DNA of 54,293 bases, the filler included, from Perkinsus olseni (lineage: Eukaryota), in assembly GCA_013115125.1 (NCBI GenBank). It is 2 parts of 2 records of this genome, joined end to end, with 100 filler letters (N's around TTAATTAATTAA, not from the genome) between each part and the next. Parts side by side here need not be neighbours in the genome. Positions count along the whole stretch, not along the records: positions 1 to 27,113 come from JABANN010000473.1; positions 27,214 to 54,293 come from JABANN010000474.1. One strand, 5' to 3'. This document shows, in pieces, positions 25,630-35,817 of the stretch (its first letter is position 1; each line of letters begins with the position of its first letter). A program made the position numbers and the translations under genes. The notes beneath the pieces are model-generated. The model did not search any database. It worked only from the letters and a program-made list of their open reading frames with translations, and was not told the DNA's origin.

Positions 25630-25974
25630 TCAATGTGCTCTACATGAAACATCTAGGTATAGGTATTGAATACGCGGCTTTTCGGTTGGTGTACAGCTCA
25701 TTATCTGATTCGCATCATTTTTTGGGATTCTCTAGCAAAAACGCGGATTTCAGGGTAAAATTTACAGTGTATACTCTATTTCTATTTGGCAACTTTTTCG
25801 AGCAAATTTCCCAGTTCTCGTCCACCACCGCGAGATGGTAGCTGAAACTCATAGGGTATCTATAGCGGGATGTATTAGCATACCCTACCAAGTCTCAGCC
25901 CGAAACACGTCAAATTGAAGGATAAATTCCAAAAAACGCAATATTCTATTTCAACTTGGAGCCCTGTATATGCA

Positions 25975-27113
25975 TTCACGTCTCTGTGTAAGCGCTCCAC
26001 TTTCCCGTTGGACCAACTCGCATGTACAGCTGACCGCTCATGTACTGCTAGTATGGACCGCAAGTATTTGGAGAACTTCTCGGACACGAAGATAGATCCA
26101 TTATCAGTGTGCACTACCAACGGTGAAGTTACATACACCTCAGCCAGATGCTGGAGTAACTCTACGACATCTTGGCTGGTTGGACTATGCTTGGTGCTCC
26201 GAGTTAATGCATATCCGGTTGCCCCATCAACCAGTGTTACGGCAAACAATGATGACCCTGTATTCCGTACTTGGAATGGTCCTACTACATCCAGGAAGAC
26301 TCTGGCAAAGACCACACTACACTCTTGATATCCCTGCGAGTTATGCCATGCTTGGCGGTCACCTGGGAATGTCTTCCCTCTTTGACATGCGACGCAGTTA
26401 CTCACGACTTGTTTACAATGTTTCTTAAGGCCTTTCGCATAACCCCAAGATCTAAGTCTATTATATAACGCAGACGCTCCTTCGTGATCATGTACAGTTC
26501 CCATAAATTCTTGTATTCGCTTTTCCAGTACTACCACTCTATCATTACTTCTAGGTAATTTACTGATCCAGTCACGTTGATCCAGTTGCTCACTGGGTTC
26601 ACACGGATCCGCTGCTGTGGGATCTCCTTGTATTTGAGGCGTTGCTACTGCAACCACCTTTAGTTTGTTATTATCAGGCTCGTGCATCTGCTGTATAATC
26701 ATGTATTGCAGCACTCTGGATAATTCATCCGCTTCATTCTGTGACGATGGGACCCACTGCACATCAACCTCTAAGTCGTTATATTTTAATGTATCTTCGT
26801 AATATTGGAGGCGTGATTCGACGGCCGTGTGTGATACTCCTTTAACCGGAACCCAATGACTCATTTTCTTTCTTCTCAACCATGCTGCTACGCTCTTATT
26901 ATCTGTGCATATTGTTATCAATTGGTGTGTGCGTATATCGTTCACTCTTCTATATTGCATAACCAGGGATAATTCCTCTAGTACACTATCTAACTCGGCT
27001 ATATTTATATGTCTATAATCATTTTTTGGTCGTATCCATGAACCCGGTGAGGATCGTTCAGTACAGTGACAACTCGTAGAAATTGCATTCGTACAAGCTT
27101 GATCCGTACAGTT
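25975..27113 (-). mobile_element. LTR-retrotransposon pol fragment: RNase H plus DDE integrase; cut by the contig end and 3'-truncated
   Basis: Frame is open from the gap: HINIAELDSV..CTDNKSV..VQWVPSSQNEADELSR (RNase H); HDHEG..CVACQRGK (HHCC); FLDVVGPF, HTDNGSIF, SNGKVERLHR (D,D,E). More AT-rich than the flanks. Confidence 0.92.
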
Positions 27114-27213
27114 NNNNNNNNNNNNNNNNNNNNNNNNNNNNNNNNNNNNNNNNNNNNTTAATTAATTAANNNNNNNNNNNNNNNNNNNNNNNNNNNNNNN
27201 NNNNNNNNNNNNN
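27114..27213. other. Assembly gap / contig linker
   Basis: N44 + TTAATTAATTAA (27158-27169, stops in all six frames) + N44, exactly 100 bp. Confidence 0.97.
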
Positions 27214-27968
27214 GGCCCCACTAGTTCGGGACCGGACAGTGTGGACTTGGACTCGAAAGCGGTACACGCTTTTGCGCTGGATATCGCGTGCGGGTTGGCT
27301 TACATGCATCGCCATTATTTAATACATGGGGATGTTAAGAGCCCGAACGTGCTGGTGGATCTGAGAAGCGAACCACCTACGGCCAAGCTGTGCGACTTCG
27401 GGCATTCGGCGAGCAGGGTGGTGCCCAGGTGAGGACGCCGAGGGGGTTGTTACTCGTTATGCGCCTTTGCGTCCCTGCTCGCGACGACAGAGAAGCAGCA
27501 GGGACGGTTGCTGCTGTCATCGTTGTTGGACAGGTATCAGAGGCGCATGTGTACTTTCGGCTGGGCCAGCCCGGAGAGTCTGCGAGACGACGATATCAGT
27601 ACCCCCAGCGATGTTTGGTCCTGGGCCTGCATAGTGTGGGAGATGGTCAACAGGGAGGTAGGCAGGGCGAGGATTCCGTCATGAGCTATGGTTAACCTAA
27701 GATACCCTGGAGGATGTGCTCTCATAGCGAGATGGTGGCAGCTGTGGGCATGTGCGGTCTCCATCCGGGACGCTACATCGGTAACGGCTGCATCAACGCC
27801 AAGATGAGCCCCTTACTGAAGCGCATGACCGAGCGCTGCTGGGTCTACAACCCGGGCCATCGAGTGACCATGCAGAGGTGTGTGAAGGCCCTCCGGCGGT
27901 ACAGGGACACCACCATCAGACGCTGCGAGAAGAACATGTGGACTTTGTTCGGCGGAGTGGGTCGGTAG
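27214..27968 (+). CDS. Protein kinase (TKL-like), 5'-partial, 3 visible exons
   Basis: GLAYMH..IHGDVKSPNVLV..AKLCDFG / CTFGWASPE..SDVWSWACIVWEM / IPW..ERCW..PGHR cover subdomains VI-XI. Confidence 0.9.
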
Positions 27969-28169
27969 CAGCCTGTCGCTTGGGAGTGCTGTCGCCTTAT
28001 ACCATTGAAGATTCCCCTATTGCTAGTGTCTAGTGTCTGATTGTTTGATCATCATCGACTTTTGTTCAGCCATCCTTGCTGTCTTGTACTGCATACTCTT
28101 TCTGCTTCTCTCTTGGGATTGAGTTCTCTCCGGTGGCGGTCAATAAGCTTGGGTCCAGCCAGTTTTCTG

Positions 28170-31100
28170 ATGCACCAGCAACAGCGGCGGCGGCGGCGGA
28201 GTCAACGGTCGAGGCTTCCGGCAGTGTTGTCGCTGATCGTAGTAGCTGCTCTGTGCGTGACAGCATGGGACGTCCTCAAGCCCAGCACTGAGGCTCTCTT
28301 TGCGGCCCCTCTCCCCCCTGGGGCCCTGGGGGCATTGGTAAGGCCTCTGCCGTGCTACCGTTTTGCTTGAGAATCGCCATCGTGGTAGAACCCTACGGCG
28401 CTGCGAGGGGCCTCCGAGGCTATTGTGGACTTCGGGGCCGATGCTAGAGATTCCCTCCTACGCGGTCTCAATCTTGTGGCTGATGCTGTGAAGGTAGTGA
28501 GGGGTTGAAGGAGAGGGTATCTTAGCTCACTGTCGCATACCAGCGTCAACCTTGGATTCTCGGCAAGTGGTACGGTGTGTGTGATAGGTTACTCTGGGCC
28601 CTCAAGGTCGTAATGTAGTGCTGACGGAGGGGGGCGTCTCTGACCGGACTCGAGTTAAGATAGTCAATGACGGTGCGACTATCGCTAAGGATATGGCGAA
28701 GCGATTGAACATACAAGTGGGCTCCAAAGGTACTGGCGGGGGTTTGGCCCAGCCCTGCTGCTGCTCCGTTAAGAAACGGTCCTTTTTTTCTCAATATCGG
28801 TCGTATAGATCCTATAGCCGCTAATTTAGACGCAAGGTTGTTAACCTTTTTTAGCGGAGCTGTAGTCGACCCGTACCACACCACCGATAAATCGTCCCAA
28901 TTCTTGCGCCAGGGCTCAGATAGAAGTAACGGTCCAATCGCTGTTGTTTTGCCTGTAGATGCTATCGGAGCTGAGATTCTGGCGGCGGCTGCGTCGAAGA
29001 GCGAGGTGTCCACTGGGGGTAGGGTAGAACGGTGATGGCTACGGGCGGCATTCTTAGCGTTAGATGGGACCTCCTCGACGGCTGTACTCACGCAGTACCT
29101 GATTAATAAGGGCTTGCAAGTTATGGGTAACTCGACGACCTCTAACGCCGTGGAGGTCAAGAAAGGTAATATCGACAGTCGCCTAGCAGCCTCTGCTGGG
29201 GGACCCTGCCGAGCTTAGTATCCAATGGAGCGTTCGATATTCCCGCTGCCTTCGATATCTCGTCACTGTGCAGCGTCAAAACAATTACTTGGTGACTTTT
29301 TAATGGACTGCTGCAGTGTAGGGCCTGTCCGGCTGATCCGCGTTCTAAGTCCATCAAGAATGAAAATCACGCTTTGTTAACGTAAAAAATTTATTAAGTT
29401 TCTCGGCCAGTTTAGTACCGGCTTGGTAGTGGGTAGGTTAACCTCCCTCTAGCAGGGTGATGACTGTGGGTTCCCGTCTGTCATGTTACCCAGCTCAGGT
29501 TTGGAGTCAGCGGCGAACGACTGCGTGTCCTCGCTGCACGAGATGGCCCATCCGTTGAAGAGGGGTAAGGAGGCCTTGGCGCAGATCGCAGCGGTCAGCA
29601 CAGGGGACGCTGAGATGGCGAGGGTAGTCAGGGGCATGCATTCTGCAAGGTAGTGGTCTTACCAGTCGTCTAGATACTCGCGACTGCCTTCGCGCATGTT
29701 GGGTATGAGGGAGAGGTCACGGTCGAGCAGGCGAGGGACGGCAGTGACCAGGATACTGTGGAGTAGTGCTGGGCTGGGGTTCTCCTTCTTGTTGATTATA
29801 GTCCGATGCTCGCCTTAGGCTTCATGAGACTTTGTTCACACAGCTGCAGCTCTCCTCGACTTGTTGGGGGTGCTTGAGGTGGGGCCCTTCAGGTTCACGG
29901 ATGGATACACCTTCGACCGAGGTTATGAATCATCACAGTTCGCGACGGCTGCCTCGGATAGGAGCGATTGGAAACCGGGCCAGTGTGTTTTGGAAGGGAA
30001 AGTGTCTTTGTTGTTGGTCGAGGGACGCATAGAGGAACCCCAAGATATCATACCAGCGCTGAAGGCGGCTACCGAGGCGAAGGTAGTTGATGCCTGTGGG
30101 AGCGCGCACAGCGGATAATTCCCCTCAGACGCCGCTGTTGATCCTAGCAGATGAGCTCTCGCCAGCGGTGATACGTACGGTGCTGCTGTCGGTGATGTCG
30201 GGCCAAGTGCCGAGGATGGTCTGTGTGAAGTCACCGGGGTACGGAGTGGAGCGAACGAGGCGATTGGTAGGGGCAAGGGAGGAGGGTCTGGCCGGGGGGC
30301 ATTGCTGTGGGATTCAGGAGGATCTTGCGGCGGCTACGGGAGCGTCGGTGGTCGGAGAGCGCCGGCTGAAGCGACTGCATGAGGCTGAGGAGACGGACTT
30401 GGGTAGGACAGTTTTCCTAGGTGTCCTTGGCGTCTAGTGTAACCCCGAAGTCGGCTAAGTGGGTTGTCCCACTTAGCCAGCTCCAGGCTTCCCATATGCT
30501 AGTCTGTCCGGCCGAACTCGACTTTGCGAGATCGGTTTGATTGGGGGCGAAAATTTTTTTGGTGACTAGAGGTTGGAGGGTTGAGGAAGGTGTTCTCAGG
30601 CACGGCCTCATCGGTTAGTGTTGGCAAGTCCCGTACTGTTATCAAGTTCACTGAGGATAGTCAGGAGAGGGTTGATGCTAGGGCAGCGCAGCTCAGGGCT
30701 GAGATCAAGCAGTCGACCTCAAGGTGCTGCTTCTCGAGGGTTCACTGTTGTTCATGATCCGGATGACCAGGTACGAACGATCGAAGCTGCAGAGTCGGCT
30801 GGCCTCGCTGAAGGGCGGTGTGGCAGCTATCAGGATCACTGGTGACTCTGAGGTAGGCTGCCGGGTCGGAGGTGATAGTCGAGGATCTATGCTCTCAGTT
30901 GGTGGTGAGGGACAAGGGCCTGCGGTATGAGGATGGTATTGGTGCGCTGAAAGCTGCCATGAAGGGAGGGGTGCTGCCTGGCGGAGGGGCCGCTCTCTTG
31001 GCTGCTGCTGGGGCATTGGAGAAGGGGGTGATGGGTCGGGAGGAGTCACCCTCCTGGACGGCTGGGTATCGGCTACTGGTTGAGGCCTTGCCGCGGGTGA

Positions 31101-31670
31101 TGTGGCAGATAGCAGAGAACAGCGGGGCTGATGGTGATGCCGTGGTCGAGAGGTGTGGAGAGGTAATGGTGCTGGGCGGTTCGGAGACGCTTTCGGATGG
31201 TCACTATGCTGATACCAACTTTTCCCGTTATTCCTAGATCTCAACCCTCATTTGCCATCAATTGCAGTTCTTGAGTCTGCCTGGGAGAGAACATTCTCTT
31301 CCGTGCCTCGATCGGATGTCCCTTGTCCGTCCAGGTCCAGAGAAGCAGCGGGAATCCTGGCATGGGTTACAACGCTATCCGGGGGCGCCTAGAGGATCTT
31401 CCATCGGCAGGAATCCTCGATCCAGGTTAGTTTAGGACCTATCGGGCTAGTCGTAATTCTCGCTGTCTCAGCGCTGGTAGTCGAGTCGGTTGTACGAGTA
31501 GCGTCAGCCACGGCGGCATCGGTGTTGTTGACGGAGGCTCTGGTAGCCCCCTCTGGCAGTGACGCGCGGATGATTTCGGAAAGGAGTGGTACTAGAGGCG
31601 TGTGGGTGGGAGTGACTTGATATTTCTAGGTCTGCCAGGGATGGGACTGCCGGCTGGAGGGTTTATGTGA
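28170..31670 (+). CDS. cpn60: Chaperonin 60 (GroEL family) with N-terminal bipartite leader, probably plastid-targeted
   Basis: Spliced exons give DFGADARDSLLRGLNLVADAVK/VTLGPQGRNVV, NDGATIAK, GDGTSST, FDRGYESSQF, KSPGYG, KLQSRLASLKGGVAAI, GVLPGGGAAL, QIAENSG, AGILDP and a GLPGMG tail. The leader contains hydrophobic LPAVLSLIVVAALCVTA. Confidence 0.93.
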
Positions 31671-31874
31671 AGCAGTTGGACGATTGATAATATTCAACGT
31701 GTGAATTCCTCAAGTGTGGTTTCTCTGCTGTGGCTCTGCTGTTGAATTTCGTGGCGCGCGAGGGTTGCGTCTTGGGAGAGAGGCTCCATGAGATCATCAC
31801 CGCCCTCTCTGTCAAGTCTCACCTTCATCAGCTTCGAGTGCCCTACAACTCAGCTTTGTTTCTTTTTCGTTGTT

Positions 31875-34800
31875 ATGGGGTGTGGTGCCTCCTTGTGTCG
31901 GAGTTCCTCTGCAGCAGCAGCCGCACCGCCGCCGCCTGCGGAGGGTCCTGCTCGGGGCGAGTCCAAGGGCCCAGCGCTGGCAGCGACGGACGGCTGTGAT
32001 AATGGACTCGGTACTAGTATACCCCCGGTGAGTCCGAGTGGGGGGGAAGAAGAGATGGAAGATTTGGTAGGGACCTTTTACCAGAGGCGAGTCGGGGATG
32101 CTGACGGTCGAGCGTGGAGGGTCGTAGAGGCCCTGGCGAGGGGCGGAGAGCAAAGCCTTGACGATTTGGACCCGATCGACTGGAATGGGATGTGGCGCAG
32201 TGTGAGCTCGAAGGTGTTGAAGTTGGTGGGGGGCGTGGAGGCCTTGAAGGGGGAGGACGTGGAGGCTGCGGCTGCCGGACTGTTTGTGACGGAGCTAGCC
32301 AACGACACCCACTACTTCCCATTCGAGCTGCTCTTTCGGGAGTCTAACAAAGTCGATGACGCTGTGAGGTTGATGAAGAAGCTGTCCTGTTTGGACGAGG
32401 CATTTATGAACACAATAGCGATTATCACCACGACTGAGGAGTTCAGAAGCGCTGGGGCAGCGGTGGCAGCAGGCGTGTACTGTAGGAGGGTTCCGGCTGA
32501 TAGTGAGGAGCATAGGAGAGCTAAGGCTGAGGTGAAGCGGGCTGAGGACCGGTTCGTCTGTCTGGTGGAGATGGAGCCGGGCGTCGTTGTTTGGAGCAGC
32601 GCACTGGTGGGGAGGGGGGAGGAGGTGAAGGCTTTAAGGGTGCATCGAACTGGTGGCAGGCGAAGGCAGGTGCTGGTGTTTCGGAATGCTGATACGTGTC
32701 ACGAGGCCTGCGTTTTTAGTGGCGGACAGGAGGTCGAGTGGGGATGGGTGGACCTTGCTGAGGAGGAGCAGATCACCTTGGGGGTGACCAGGGTGGAGGC
32801 GAGAGCTCGGGCGGAATCTGAGGTTGACTTCGACATTTGCGGATTTCCCTATGCACTGCGGGTGTCCTTCCCTGATGGAGCTTGCCCGGACAGGGCGGTC
32901 TGTTTGAGGGCCCGCCAGGCGTTGCGGAGGCAGATTGCCCGTGGGGGGTCGGTCATGGAGGTGTGCAAGGCGGCTTTGAAGGACCTAGATCTCACCTTCG
33001 CTGCGGTGCCATTTATAGTGGCCGAGGAGCTGAGGGTGTGTCGAGAGGAGACGAGAGCGTTGGAGGTCAAATTCATGCACAACAGGCTGGTGCCTTGGTG
33101 TGTGTTAATGGTGGCGCGGGCCTGCAAGTACACTGCGAGGCGGTACGGCAACGCCCTGCCTGGTAGCGGCTCCCGGGCTGAGGGGAGGGTGTCTTACAGC
33201 GAGGCTCTCTTCTGCGTGCTTTTTAATACAGCCTGGGACGGCAAGTTCTCGCCTAGCGACGACCCCGCGGCCATTGCCTCGACCCTTTATGTCACTCTGG
33301 CGGTTTTGTTATCAGCAGTGGGGAAGGAAGCACCCCCTGCGGCCTTGGTCCTGGGCCTGGCCCTACTGGACCCGCCGGAGCTCCTCCGTGCCATGGCATG
33401 GGAGCTGCGGGTGGTCCTACCTGAGAGTACGGTAGAGAAGACGCTGTTTCGGCGCAGAGGGAGGCGACCAGGCATCTTCCAGGCGGTCGAAGGGGCTGTA
33501 CTGCAGCCGGGCTCGGGACACATGATCGAGCTGCAGGCGATGCTGAGGCCCTCGAGGGTCTACACGGTGAAGCCTCGCTTGTCCAAGGGACGAGGGGAGA
33601 GCTCTAGGGCGGCGGTGAAGGTCCATGAGTCCCTCGGCGTCCACTGGCTGGAAGAGCAGGTGTCGGGGTTGCCGCTGAGGGAACTGCTGTTGGCCTGCTG
33701 CCTACCGTCGCCGTTGAACCTCCCCAACAGCCGCCTTGCCTACTACAGGATGCGGCTGATCCTGCAGGGGGCCTGGTCTGCGGCGAGGAGAAGTGGTTCG
33801 GCAGGAGTGCTGCCGTGCTTCCCCAACTTATCGAGGTCGGTTTTGGCGGTGAGGCCCTCGGATCCGGAACTATTAGCTGGTCTCTGGTGCACCAAGGGAG
33901 TGGCAGCAGGCAGTAGCAACTCGCCCGAGCTGTCTTCGGTATTGTTTTTACAAGCCTTGGCGATGCTGGTGAGTAAAGGAGGGTATGGGGACCCGAGAGC
34001 CCGGTTGGGGCAGGGGGAGAGGATCGTCGCTTGGCTGGCCTGGCGACTGGGCAAGCATGCTTATGTCAAAGGAGAGGTGCTGAAGGTCGAGAAATACGGT
34101 GATATATTTCGGGGTTGTGGAGAGGCGGCGAGGGACGGGATGAATTTCGAGCCTCCCAGGGTTGAGAGTGGACCCTTCCTTGACAGAGCGGAGACCGCTA
34201 GGGACCTCACAGGAGGGCCGCTGCGGGATGAGGAGGTGGACGAGGTGCTAGCGTCCAGCATGGCTGATGTTGATGTCAAGAGGTTCCCATGGGCTATGGA
34301 CTTGTCCCGGCCCTACCCGGTGGCGGCCTTCCAGCGGAGCCCTCAGGGGGTCGGACAGATTGTGAGGGAATACAAGCAGGTACCAGCGGCACCGGTGGTT
34401 TCGGATACCCAGGAGGTCACCAGAGGAACATGCTTTGGGTTTGGTAGTAACGATAGGGATCAGCTGGGGGTCCGATCGATCACTGAGGCGAGTAGCGCGG
34501 TGAACTGGACGGCTCGCCCGGTGAGGCTGATGTGCTTGAAGGAGCGCAGGCTAGTCGATGTGTCTGCTGGTGACAGCATATCCGCGGCAGTCTGTGATGA
34601 GGGGAGGCTGTACGTGTGGGGCTCCTCCTTTCCTGAGGTCAGCATCCCACGATTTCCGCAAGGTGTGGTAGTCGAGACAGTGTCCTGCGCGGCCTCTGCT
34701 GTTGTGGCGCTGTCGGAAGATGGCCGGCTTTGGCAGCTGGGAGATCTGACCTCGTCGCCTACCTCTAGCAGGGTTGGTGCCGCTGGCGCTGGAGTGCTCG

Positions 34801-35711
34801 AGATCAGTCTGGGCGGTGGGGCCAGTAGGGCGGCAGCGGTGAGTTGTGGGTCTTACCACGCTATTGCCATCGACACGCGAGGACGTCTTTGGGCCTGGGG
34901 TAGAGGGGAGGGAGGGCAGCTCGGCATTGAAGACGTTGAAGCATACTATGACGTCAAGAATGAGACCATCGTCACCACCCCTACTATGCTCGCCGGCGAC
35001 ATATCTTCCATTTCCTTCGCTTCGGTCTCCTGCGGGGAGGCTCACTCGGCAGCGGTGACGGCGGCTGGGCAGCTGTACTGTTGGGGTTGGGGAGAGTTCG
35101 GGCAGCTTGGCCTGGGGTTTTCGGCTGATACCTTCCCCCCTGGTCAGGGTGGCAACAGCTGTCGTAGTCCGACGCCGAAGGTCGTCGAGGTCGGTTCTGA
35201 TAGGGACGGAGTGGTCACCGCTGTCTCCTGCGGTGGGGCCTTCACGGCCTGCCTGACGACTCTGGGCGATGTATGGACCTGGGGTAGTAATGAGAGTGGC
35301 CAGCTAGCCCTCCCTCCAGGGGATCCGATGGAGCTCACCAGGCCTCGTAAGGTTTCTAATGTTCCTCCTGGCAAGCGGTTCAAGAACGTATCTTGTGGCT
35401 TCGCTCACGTCCTGGCGATCGACGCGCAGGGTCAGGTGCATGCTTGGGGCTCCGACTGCTATGGCCAGCTAGGGTTGTTGAACCCTCCTGCCAAGTCCAG
35501 TGGGTCCTGGATCGCCAAGGCCCCTCCTCCGAGAACATCTCGGCAGTCTTGCGAGTACGTACCATCCGTTGTCGGATCTATTGGTGCGGTTAGGATGGGG
35601 GCCTGTGCTGCTGGGTATGGACATAGCCTCCTGCTTAGTGACCCTGGAGGGGAAGGCAGCTCCTACAGGGCTCGGCGGAGCGAAGCGAGTAGTGTTAGCC
35701 GATTTGCTTAA
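31875..35711 (+). CDS. Large intronless protein with N-terminal acylation motif and C-terminal RCC1 beta-propeller
   Basis: Single ORF; likely start MGCGASLC. C-terminal repeats VSCGSYHAIAID..LWAWGRGEGGQLG, VSCGEAHSAAVT..LYCWGWGEFGQLG, VWTWGSNESGQL, VHAWGSDCYGQLG. Confidence 0.9.
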   Translation: MGCGASLCRSSSAAAAAPPPPAEGPARGESKGPALAATDGCDNGLGTSIPPVSPSGGEEEMEDLVGTFYQRRVGDADGRAWRVVEALARGGEQSLDDLDPIDWNGMWRSVSSKVLKLVGGVEALKGEDVEAAAAGLFVTELANDTHYFPFELLFRESNKVDDAVRLMKKLSCLDEAFMNTIAIITTTEEFRSAGAAVAAGVYCRRVPADSEEHRRAKAEVKRAEDRFVCLVEMEPGVVVWSSALVGRGEEVKALRVHRTGGRRRQVLVFRNADTCHEACVFSGGQEVEWGWVDLAEEEQITLGVTRVEARARAESEVDFDICGFPYALRVSFPDGACPDRAVCLRARQALRRQIARGGSVMEVCKAALKDLDLTFAAVPFIVAEELRVCREETRALEVKFMHNRLVPWCVLMVARACKYTARRYGNALPGSGSRAEGRVSYSEALFCVLFNTAWDGKFSPSDDPAAIASTLYVTLAVLLSAVGKEAPPAALVLGLALLDPPELLRAMAWELRVVLPESTVEKTLFRRRGRRPGIFQAVEGAVLQPGSGHMIELQAMLRPSRVYTVKPRLSKGRGESSRAAVKVHESLGVHWLEEQVSGLPLRELLLACCLPSPLNLPNSRLAYYRMRLILQGAWSAARRSGSAGVLPCFPNLSRSVLAVRPSDPELLAGLWCTKGVAAGSSNSPELSSVLFLQALAMLVSKGGYGDPRARLGQGERIVAWLAWRLGKHAYVKGEVLKVEKYGDIFRGCGEAARDGMNFEPPRVESGPFLDRAETARDLTGGPLRDEEVDEVLASSMADVDVKRFPWAMDLSRPYPVAAFQRSPQGVGQIVREYKQVPAAPVVSDTQEVTRGTCFGFGSNDRDQLGVRSITEASSAVNWTARPVRLMCLKERRLVDVSAGDSISAAVCDEGRLYVWGSSFPEVSIPRFPQGVVVETVSCAASAVVALSEDGRLWQLGDLTSSPTSSRVGAAGAGVLEISLGGGASRAAAVSCGSYHAIAIDTRGRLWAWGRGEGGQLGIEDVEAYYDVKNETIVTTPTMLAGDISSISFASVSCGEAHSAAVTAAGQLYCWGWGEFGQLGLGFSADTFPPGQGGNSCRSPTPKVVEVGSDRDGVVTAVSCGGAFTACLTTLGDVWTWGSNESGQLALPPGDPMELTRPRKVSNVPPGKRFKNVSCGFAHVLAIDAQGQVHAWGSDCYGQLGLLNPPAKSSGSWIAKAPPPRTSRQSCEYVPSVVGSIGAVRMGACAAGYGHSLLLSDPGGEGSSYRARRSEASSVSRFA

Positions 35712-35817
35712 CCACTGTCCAGTATAGTATTATATACCATTCGAACCATTATTCTGTGACTGACCGCGAGCTTCGAGTTTGGATCCGCCGTTCCATCGGG
35801 TCTGTAGTTTTTTTCTA

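Noticed and set aside
27158..27169. TTAATTAATTAA palindrome inside the N-run
   Set aside because: Symmetric N44 flanks and six-frame stops mark an artificial linker, not biology.
31812..35727. Many overlapping antisense or alternate-frame ORFs within the RCC1 gene (also in the Cpn60, RING and PAM2 genes)
   Set aside because: Shadow ORFs expected in GC-rich coding DNA; no motifs.
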